Origin: Anaerohalosphaeraceae bacterium | GTDB lineage: Bacteria > Planctomycetota > Phycisphaerae > Sedimentisphaerales > Anaerohalosphaeraceae | Assembly: GCA_963675525.2 (NCBI GenBank) | Contig: CAXXSL010000013.1 | Location: forward strand, 416,001 to 480,000 | Length of the DNA: 64,000 nt | Reading direction: 5' to 3' | In this document: piece after piece, positions 57,044-64,000 of the stretch | Layout: the number at the start of each line of letters is the position of its first letter | How positions within the stretch are numbered: the stretch's first letter is position 1 | Translations under genes and position numbers: made by a program | The notes under the pieces: model-generated | Told to the model about the DNA's origin: nothing | The model's input: the letters and a program-made list of their open reading frames with translations, nothing else | The model's database searches: none

Positions 57044-57625
57044 ATGCGATTATTGAAGCTGATTTTCTGGTTTCTGCTGATAACCGGCTGCGGAATGCTG
57101 TGCTCGTGCGATGAAAACTGGAAACTCCTCCCCCAGTCGGTCCTTCAAGGGCCGCCACAACCGGAACTTCCGCCGGCAGTTAAATCTGAACAAATTATTG
57201 TTGGCGAAAACAATCGATACAATAATTACTCGGAAAATATCACCCTGGTTGAAAAAGCCAAACAACTCTCCGATAAATGCGATAAAATGACACAGGAACT
57301 GCAGCAGGAACAAAAAATCAATCAACAACTTAAAGAGGAAAACATCCTCCTGAAAACCGAAACCGCCGCACTTAAGAAAGAACTGAATCAAACCAACGAA
57401 TTATTGATCAACACCCGAGTCGAACTTGATGAGTGGAAATCGGAAACCGCCCGCTTCCATGACGAGATTCGTTTCATCGAAAAATCCCAACTGGAGGCGA
57501 TTTACCGCATTCTTAAGCAGCTTGGTGGCAAAGAACCTGACTCTGAGGAGTTAGGGTTAACGGACAACAATAAATCCCGTAACAAACCAGCAATGACAGA
57601 GGCAAAACATGAAGCTCAAAACTAA
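57044..57625 (+). CDS. Putative coiled-coil lipoprotein
   Basis: Signal peptide with lipobox-like ITGC/LCSC, Pro linker, long heptad region. Confidence 0.6.
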   Translation: MRLLKLIFWFLLITGCGMLCSCDENWKLLPQSVLQGPPQPELPPAVKSEQIIVGENNRYNNYSENITLVEKAKQLSDKCDKMTQELQQEQKINQQLKEENILLKTETAALKKELNQTNELLINTRVELDEWKSETARFHDEIRFIEKSQLEAIYRILKQLGGKEPDSEELGLTDNNKSRNKPAMTEAKHEAQN

Positions 57626-58262
57626 GTCTCTCCGGATCGCTACCCTGCTCGGTCTTTGCGTCCTTTTAAATGGCTGCTATTCGATCTATTTGGCTCCCGT
57701 CGATTTGGGAAAACCGTATTCCTTCTATCTCAACAAAAATGTCGATATCACATCCATTGGACGGATTACCCTTGTGGAACTGGAAGACGTTCCAAATGAT
57801 CCATCCTTAGCTACCTATGCGACAGATAGTCTTTTTCTGGCTATCCAGAAAAAACAGGTCTTCGGGGTAGACATTGTCCCGAAAAGCGATCCCAAATGGA
57901 AAATACTCAAGATCGAACAGAATCAAACATACACCATCGACCAGCTATCTGTTATGCACAAGACGATTCGCAATAACGCCATTCTCGTCGGAAACATTAC
58001 TCAATTTGAACCATACCCACACCTTATCATTGGTATAAAACTCAAAATAATTGATTTAAGAACATCTGATCTTGTGTGGGCCTTTGATCAAGTATGGGAC
58101 AGCAACGACCAAACAACAAAACAGAAAATTCGGCGATATTTAGAAAAACACCATGGCACCAACATTAACTCCATGAATGAACTGCTTGTAGCCAAAAGTT
58201 CCCGTCAGTTCGTCGATTTTATTTGTCATGAAATCGCCGGAACTCTCGAGAGCAATTATTGA
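57609..58262 (+). CDS. Putative lipoprotein of the CsgG/FlgO/LpoB-like alpha-beta type
   Basis: Lipobox LNGC; AILVGNITQF and IKLKIIDLRTSDLVW motifs typical of this fold. Confidence 0.6.
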   Translation: MKLKTKSLRIATLLGLCVLLNGCYSIYLAPVDLGKPYSFYLNKNVDITSIGRITLVELEDVPNDPSLATYATDSLFLAIQKKQVFGVDIVPKSDPKWKILKIEQNQTYTIDQLSVMHKTIRNNAILVGNITQFEPYPHLIIGIKLKIIDLRTSDLVWAFDQVWDSNDQTTKQKIRRYLEKHHGTNINSMNELLVAKSSRQFVDFICHEIAGTLESNY

Positions 58263-58366
58263 CGGAAAATGAAGAATAACCGATATAAATCAGTTTTTCG
58301 ATGGCATTAATCGTGATAATTGATAATATGACTCTGTTGTATCTTTGATGAAATTTAAAAAAATTG

Positions 58367-58393
58367 TTAAGTTTCCGAATTTTGTCACGATAA
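58367..58393 (+). promoter_or_regulatory. sigma28-like promoter of flgM
   Basis: TTAA-N15-CACGATAA; a second -10-like TCCGATAA at 58505-58512. Confidence 0.65.
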
Positions 58394-58538
58394 CAATAAT
58401 TGAGACGTTGGTTTATTGTTCTTTTAAATGGTGTTTTCAGTACTGATACATTGGTTTGGGTTCTTTAGTTATGAAATCCGCTGAATTCGTACGACATTTA
58501 AATGTCCGATAACCAGTCAATAGACCTGAAAGAAGATT

Positions 58539-58802
58539 ATGATAGAAATTACAAATAACAATAAGAAAATTGAAAATATTCTTCATGCCGCCCCTGCGCA
58601 ATCTCATCACCGTGAAAATGACGCCAATAAAGTTTATGCGAAAATTGATGTCCGGCTGCACCAGATGATTCAACAGGCCGTCCAGCAGGTTCCCGACCAA
58701 TCAAAAGTGGAAGAAGCTCGAAAGCTTCTGGCATCCAACCAGCTCGACACTCCCGAAAATATCCGCAAAGCGGCAGAAAACCTGATTAAACAAGGGCTGT
58801 AA
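58539..58802 (+). CDS. flgM: Anti-sigma28 factor (probable)
   Basis: 87 aa; C-terminal DQSKVEEARKLLASNQL...AAENLI resembles FlgM; sigma28-like promoter. Confidence 0.65.
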   Translation: MIEITNNNKKIENILHAAPAQSHHRENDANKVYAKIDVRLHQMIQQAVQQVPDQSKVEEARKLLASNQLDTPENIRKAAENLIKQGL

Positions 58803-58927
58803 CAGACCACAAAAGACCGTTGTTCAGCAGGATTGACACACGAATTCTTTACCATCTCACCCCCCGAGTTTTTTTCTGAAAAACCTGATGCTTTTCTCTT
58901 CTTGGTGGGTTTTCAAAACAAAAACAA

Positions 58928-58957
58928 CGGCCTTGGTGAACTCAATCACCAAGGCCG
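58928..58957 (-). terminator. Intrinsic terminator of the ara operon
   Basis: CGGCCTTGGTGA-N6-TCACCAAGGCCG followed by TTGTTTTTGTTTT on the minus strand. Confidence 0.8.
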
Positions 58958-58989
58958 CAAGCTTCTCTCTAAAAAACCTAATTGATTGT

Positions 58990-60750
58990 TTAACCGCGGA
59001 AATACAAATATGCGGCAACAATCGCAACGAGAACAGCACAAGAGGCGATCACATCCCATTTATTCCAAGACGCGCGCGATTCCTTGCGGTCTTGGTCTGT
59101 GAGCGTCCCGTAGGTCAGACCGTTGATCTTGTCATAAACCGGTGCTTTCGTCATGTAACTGACAAGAATCATGACACCGATACAGACAAGAAAGATAACC
59201 AGGCTGTAGTATTGGAAGTACATGTTGTTTATGATCCAGAAGAATGAACCTTCCGCATATGAAAAGTCTTTTATCAGTTTGACGGGAGTATCGATACCCA
59301 ACCGGAAGAGGCCGAGGGCAAAACCGACAATCAACGCCCATAAGCACCCCTTGGCATTGAGCCGTTTCCAGAAGACGCCGAGGAAAAAGACGACGAAAAT
59401 CGGCGGGGCCAGATACGATTGAATCCCCTGCAAATAGTCATACAATCCCTTGCCGCCCCTAATGACGGGTATCCAGGCTAATCCGATAAGCACCATGACC
59501 CCCGTGGCGACACGACCAACCCAGACAACCTGTTTCTGGGACGCCATGGGACGCAGTTTCGAATAGAAGTCGATGGTAAACAGCGCCGCAGACGCATTAA
59601 ACGCACCCGCCAACGAACTCATCAGTGCCGCGAGTAATCCGGCCACAACAACACCACGTATACCAATGGGCAGTACCTCCGCCACGAGCATGGGGAAAGC
59701 CTGTTGGGCATTATCGCGGATAAGTTCGCCGTTTTCAGAAAAGAATGCCTGTTCCAGGGCGGCATTCTGCCCGCTCTTGGCAAGGGCAAATGCGATCATA
59801 CCGGGAATAATGAAAATAAAGACCGGCAGCAACTTCAGCGCCGCCGAGCAGATGGAACCCCGACGTGCAACTTGTTCATTTTGTGCGCCAAGAACACGCT
59901 GAACAATATACTGATCCGTACACCAATACCACAAACCAATGATCGGTGCGCAGAAGAGCATACCGATCCAGGGATAGTTGTCGTTGAAGTACCACGCCAT
60001 GCGAGCGGTTTCCTTGACCGGTGCCCAAGTTGAAGCGACTCCTTCGGGCACAATCGGTTTCCATAGATTGAACATCTCCGAACCGGCCCATTCGCGTAAA
60101 GCACCCCATCCGCCGAGCGCTTTCAAACCGAAATACGTCACAAAAGCTGAACCGAGAACCAGGATCACCGTTTGGATCGCCGAGGTATAAGCAACCGCCC
60201 GCATGCCGCCCATGATCGTATAGATACCCGTCAGGACGATCACCGCAATCGAGCCTATCCAGAAACTGTCGAGGCCCATGAATGTCACATCGGGAATCAT
60301 CACGGCAAAGACCACACCGCCGGCAAAGATACCGACGGCCAGCTTCGTGAGCACATACGCAACCAGCGAAATGACCGAAAGAACGGCGCGGTTAACCGGT
60401 GAGAACCGTTTCTCGAGGAATTCCGGCATCGTAAAGACCTGTGATCGCATATAAAAGGGAACCAGTACCCAGGCCAAAACCAGCAGACACCACGCGTGCA
60501 ATTCATAGTGGGCCATGGCAACACCATCGGTAGCACCCGATCCGGCAAGCCCGACCAGATGTTCGGAACCGATGTTTGACGAGAAAACCGCCGCACCGAT
60601 CACCCACCATCCCAAATTACGGCCGGCAAGAAAATACTCGGTCGTCGTTTGTGACTGCTTTTCTTTCAGGTAAGCCCACCATGCAATCCCAAACACGATG
60701 GCAAAGTAACCCAGAATAACAAGCCAGTCTACCGCATGTAATGCCGTCAT
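58990..60750 (-). CDS. Sodium:solute (SSS/SGLT-type) sugar symporter, probably for arabinose
   Basis: EYFLAGRNL, SNIGSEHLVGLAGSG, TMPEFLEKRF, WYWCTDQYIVQR; follows araA. Confidence 0.9.
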   Translation of the reverse strand: MTALHAVDWLVILGYFAIVFGIAWWAYLKEKQSQTTTEYFLAGRNLGWWVIGAAVFSSNIGSEHLVGLAGSGATDGVAMAHYELHAWCLLVLAWVLVPFYMRSQVFTMPEFLEKRFSPVNRAVLSVISLVAYVLTKLAVGIFAGGVVFAVMIPDVTFMGLDSFWIGSIAVIVLTGIYTIMGGMRAVAYTSAIQTVILVLGSAFVTYFGLKALGGWGALREWAGSEMFNLWKPIVPEGVASTWAPVKETARMAWYFNDNYPWIGMLFCAPIIGLWYWCTDQYIVQRVLGAQNEQVARRGSICSAALKLLPVFIFIIPGMIAFALAKSGQNAALEQAFFSENGELIRDNAQQAFPMLVAEVLPIGIRGVVVAGLLAALMSSLAGAFNASAALFTIDFYSKLRPMASQKQVVWVGRVATGVMVLIGLAWIPVIRGGKGLYDYLQGIQSYLAPPIFVVFFLGVFWKRLNAKGCLWALIVGFALGLFRLGIDTPVKLIKDFSYAEGSFFWIINNMYFQYYSLVIFLVCIGVMILVSYMTKAPVYDKINGLTYGTLTDQDRKESRASWNKWDVIASCAVLVAIVAAYLYFRG

Positions 60751-60866
60751 ATTCAATCCTTTCAATAGAGTTTAAAAAACGATATCCACTAAACGAACGT
60801 AATTACTGCATCAAACCCAATCCATATGGACGCCAACAAATATGATCGTTTCCATATTTGATAATT

Positions 60867-62363
60867 CTACTTCAAGCCGTTAACGAGCATGTAATAGACC
60901 TCATTGGTTCGAATATCCTTTTTGAAATCACTGATCGTGGTATTTTTGTCGATCATCAGGGCTTCGATCCCCGCCATCTCAGCGAAATCTTCAATATGCT
61001 CTGCGGTCAGCGCCATGCTGAAACCGGTGTGGTGAGCACCCCCGGCGTGAATCCATGCGGCCGCAGCGGTCTTGAGATTCGGCATCGGTTGCCAAACAAC
61101 GCGAGCAACGGGAAGCTTCGGCAAGTCGGCATCCGGCTTAACGACTTTACAGGGATTGATCAGCATTCTGAACCGATTGCCCATGTCCATAATCGAGACA
61201 TTGATACCTGCACCCTGAGGAACATTAAACACGAGCCGCGGCGGGTCCGCCTTGCCGCCGATGCCAAGCGGGTGTACTTCCACCGATGCTTTGCCCGCGG
61301 CAATGGAGGGGCATACCTCCAGCATGTGTGCACCGAGTACTTTCATGCCCTTGGGGTCCAGATGATAGGTATAGTCTTCCATGAATGATGTTCCGCCCTT
61401 CAGTCCGGAGGCCATTACTTTCATGGCACGAACCAATGCGGCGGTTTTCCAGTCGCCCTCAGCACCGAAGCCGTATCCGTCAGCCATAAGCCGCTGAACA
61501 GGGAGGCCGGGGAGTTGGACCAGTCCATGCAAATCTTCGAAGGTGGTCGTAAAGGCCTTGAAGCCGCCCTTTTCGAGAAACTGTCTCATACCCGCTTCAA
61601 TCCGGGCCGTTTCACGGACACGCTGCAGTTGCGGCTTCGAAAGCGTCACTTTATAGGTTTTCTTGTATTGAGCTACCAACGCGGAAACCTGGGCCTCGGT
61701 CACCTTTTCGATGACAGCCACAAGATCGCCGATGCCGTAGCCATTGACGGAATAGCCGAATTTCTTCTGGGCTTCGACCTTATCGCCTTCGGTGACGGCA
61801 ACTTCCCGCATGTTGTCACCAAAACGCGCGACCTTCATGCCCTGCCAGTCATTCCACGCACACGCCGCACGCATCCAGACATCCAACTTGGCGACAACTT
61901 CCGGGTCCTGCCAATGGCCGACAACCACCTTGCGGTTTTTTCGCATCCGGCTGCAGATAAAGCCGAACTCGCGACCGCCGTGAGCCGACTGGTTAAGATT
62001 CATGAAATCCATGTCAATCGTTTTCCATGGGATGTCGCGATTAAACTGGGTGTGCAAATGTACAAACGGCTTCTGCAAAATGCCAAGCCCTGCAATCCAC
62101 ATCTTGGCGGGACTGAAGGTGTGCATCCATGTAATCAACCCCACACAATTCGGAGTGGTATTGGCTTTGACACAGATATCCGTAATTTCATCCGGCGTCG
62201 TAACAACGGGCTTGAAAACCACCTTGCAGGAAATTTTCGCTGATTTATTCAGGTACTCGGCGATTTTCTTCGAGTCCGCGTCAACCTGCTTCAGTGTTTC
62301 TTTTCCATATAAATCCTGACTTCCAGTTACAAACCATACTTCAAATTTTTTCAAATCAATCAT
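60867..62363 (-). CDS. araA: L-arabinose isomerase
   Basis: [54 protein letters not shown]. Confidence 0.97.
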   Translation of the reverse strand: MIDLKKFEVWFVTGSQDLYGKETLKQVDADSKKIAEYLNKSAKISCKVVFKPVVTTPDEITDICVKANTTPNCVGLITWMHTFSPAKMWIAGLGILQKPFVHLHTQFNRDIPWKTIDMDFMNLNQSAHGGREFGFICSRMRKNRKVVVGHWQDPEVVAKLDVWMRAACAWNDWQGMKVARFGDNMREVAVTEGDKVEAQKKFGYSVNGYGIGDLVAVIEKVTEAQVSALVAQYKKTYKVTLSKPQLQRVRETARIEAGMRQFLEKGGFKAFTTTFEDLHGLVQLPGLPVQRLMADGYGFGAEGDWKTAALVRAMKVMASGLKGGTSFMEDYTYHLDPKGMKVLGAHMLEVCPSIAAGKASVEVHPLGIGGKADPPRLVFNVPQGAGINVSIMDMGNRFRMLINPCKVVKPDADLPKLPVARVVWQPMPNLKTAAAAWIHAGGAHHTGFSMALTAEHIEDFAEMAGIEALMIDKNTTISDFKKDIRTNEVYYMLVNGLK

Positions 62364-62378
62364 TGTTTATTCCCCTAT

Positions 62379-63068
62379 TTAATGTTGTCCGTAATATGCG
62401 TTCTTTCCATGTTTTCGTAAATAATGTTTATCCAGCAGGCACTGGGCAATCGGTTTCAGCGGCGGATTCAGTATCACATCATTCAGTGCCATTTGTGCAA
62501 CCTGTTCCAGAACGACCGCAGATTCAACGGATTTCATGGGCGAGGCGCCCCATGTAAACGGGCCGTGATTGGCCACCAGTACCGCGGGCATCTGGTCGGG
62601 ATCTATGTCTTTAAAGGTCTCAACAATAACTTTGCCCGTATTCAGTTCGTAATCTGTCTCGATCTGATCGGAGGTCATTAACTTGGTCACCGGTATCGAA
62701 CCATAAAAATAATCAGCATGGGTCGTTCCCATACAGGGAATCGGCTGACAGGCTTGCGACCAACTTGTGGCATAGGTTGAATGGGTGTGGCATACGCCGC
62801 CGATATTTTTAAAGTTGCGATACAGTTCCAGGTGCGTTGCTGTATCGGAAGACGGACGAAGGTCTCCTTCGATAACCTTGCCGTCCAAATCCACCAGAAC
62901 GATCTTGTCCGGCGTCAACTCGTCATAGGACACGCCGCTGGGTTTAATCCCGATGATTCCTTTGGCCCGATCAATCCCGCTGACGTTTCCCCAACTGAAA
63001 ATAACCAGCGAATGGCGTTTCAGCTCAAGATTGGCCTCACATACCTTAATTTTCATGTCCTCGAGCAT
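62379..63068 (-). CDS. araD: L-ribulose-5-phosphate 4-epimerase
   Basis: WGNVS, IKPSGVSY, PSSDTATH, HTHS, GTTHADYFYG, KHYLRKHGKNAYYGQ. Confidence 0.97.
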   Translation of the reverse strand: MLEDMKIKVCEANLELKRHSLVIFSWGNVSGIDRAKGIIGIKPSGVSYDELTPDKIVLVDLDGKVIEGDLRPSSDTATHLELYRNFKNIGGVCHTHSTYATSWSQACQPIPCMGTTHADYFYGSIPVTKLMTSDQIETDYELNTGKVIVETFKDIDPDQMPAVLVANHGPFTWGASPMKSVESAVVLEQVAQMALNDVILNPPLKPIAQCLLDKHYLRKHGKNAYYGQH

Positions 63069-63072
63069 TCGA

Positions 63073-64000
63073 TTATCCCAATGCTTTTTCTTTGATTTGC
63101 AGTAAATCCTTCATCACGCTGGACAGGCAAACTGTATTGCCGGCAAGCCCGAAACCATCGTGCAGTTGTTTATACAACGCATAGAGCTTTTTATAAACGG
63201 CACAATTTTCCGGTATCGGCTTGTAAACGATGTCTTTGACACCGGTCATGGCTTTCTGAGCAGAAGCATAATCATCAAAGCCGCCATTGGCGGAACCAGC
63301 CACAACCGCCGCAGCAATTGCAGAGCCCAGTGCACAGGTTTGTGCAGAACGTGACACTTTCATCTCGCGGCCTGTAATGTCGGCGTAAATCTGCATAACC
63401 ATCGGGTTCTTTTCGGCAATGCCGCCGCAATTGACGACCTGGTCAATCTTAACACCGTATTCTTCAAAACGATTGATGATAGTCAATGCCCCAAAAGCCG
63501 TTGCTTCAATCAATGTGCGATAAATCTCTTCCGGCTTGGTGTGCAGGGTCTGTCCCAACAGCAACCCGGTCAGCCGCTGGTCCACGAGAATGGTGCGGTT
63601 GCCGTTGTTCCAGTCCAGCGCTAACAGCCCTGACTGGCCGGGTTTAAGCTTGTCGGCTTTTTCGGTCAGGGCCACATGATCGCCCTGTTCTTTGCCGCCC
63701 GGCTGAATATAATTAACAAACCAATTGAAAATATCCCCGACGGCAGATTGCCCTGCCTCCAGACCGTAATAACCGGGAAGAACGGAACCATCCACAATGC
63801 CGCAGATTCCAGGTATATCCGGCAATTTCGCATCGCTGGGAGCAACTACCATGTCACAGGTGCTTGTCCCGATGATCTTGACAAGCGTGCCCGGGCCGAT
63901 CCCCGAACCGACACCGCCCAGATGTGCATCAAACGCACCCATCGCAACCGGAATACCGGCTTTGAGACCAAGCTTTTCGGCCCAGTCTTCCGTTAAGTCT
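63073..64000 (-). CDS. araB: Ribulokinase (5' part outside the window)
   Basis: GAFDAH, IGTSTCD, EAGQSAVGD, LDWNNGNRT, GGIAEKN; frame stays open to the window end. Confidence 0.95.
   Translation of the reverse strand, partial: DLTEDWAEKLGLKAGIPVAMGAFDAHLGGVGSGIGPGTLVKIIGTSTCDMVVAPSDAKLPDIPGICGIVDGSVLPGYYGLEAGQSAVGDIFNWFVNYIQPGGKEQGDHVALTEKADKLKPGQSGLLALDWNNGNRTILVDQRLTGLLLGQTLHTKPEEIYRTLIEATAFGALTIINRFEEYGVKIDQVVNCGGIAEKNPMVMQIYADITGREMKVSRSAQTCALGSAIAAAVVAGSANGGFDDYASAQKAMTGVKDIVYKPIPENCAVYKKLYALYKQLHDGFGLAGNTVCLSSVMKDLLQIKEKALG

Noticed and set aside
58866..58985. Imperfect ~23-bp direct repeat flanking the ara terminator as a possible att site
   Set aside because: Several mismatches, no matching copy seen at the left cluster boundary (~12.0-12.2 kb) and no integrase.
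1..64000. rRNA, tRNA, IS elements or riboswitches
   Set aside because: None recognised by eye in the intergenic regions; tRNAscan-SE, Infernal and ISEScan would be needed to exclude them.

Overview
Bacterial chromosomal window; the protein styles suggest a planctomycete (Phycisphaerae/Sedimentisphaerales-like), which is my inference and not a database result. 1-12 kb holds housekeeping and regulatory genes: a partial probable S41 protease, fba, LptD-like protein, LexA/CI-like repressor, hybrid histidine kinase, LacI regulator, isochorismatase-fold protein lacking its catalytic Cys, trmB, rsmG and a cupin. 12.2-58.8 kb is a self-contained ~46.6 kb flagellar cluster (fliCS, fliK, flgBC-fliEFGHIJ-motE-like-motA-motB1-motB2, fliOPQR-flhB, flgD-E-PilZ-F-G-A-H-I-J-N-K-L-TPR-orf-fliD, two sigma54 activators, TPR genes, fliLMN-flhA-fliA, two lipoproteins, flgM). 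It has five clear sigma54 promoters and several sigma28-like promoters, but no che, flhF, flhG, fliW or csrA genes in the window. 59-64 kb is an L-arabinose operon (araB-araD-araA plus a Na+/solute symporter). The most unusual items are: (1) a second, divergent FlhA transmembrane domain fused to a Walker-A-degenerate MinD/FlhG/BY-kinase-like domain right after flhB; (2) flgE broken by one extra G in a G6 tract; (3) FliM and FliG lacking canonical switching motifs; (4) one MotA with two MotBs that differ at the ion-selectivity position and have degenerate peptidoglycan-binding motifs; (5) TPR and lipoprotein candidates for motor scaffolds; (6) a ~130 aa insertion domain shared by FlgE and FliD. 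All calls come from motif recognition by eye; no searches were run.
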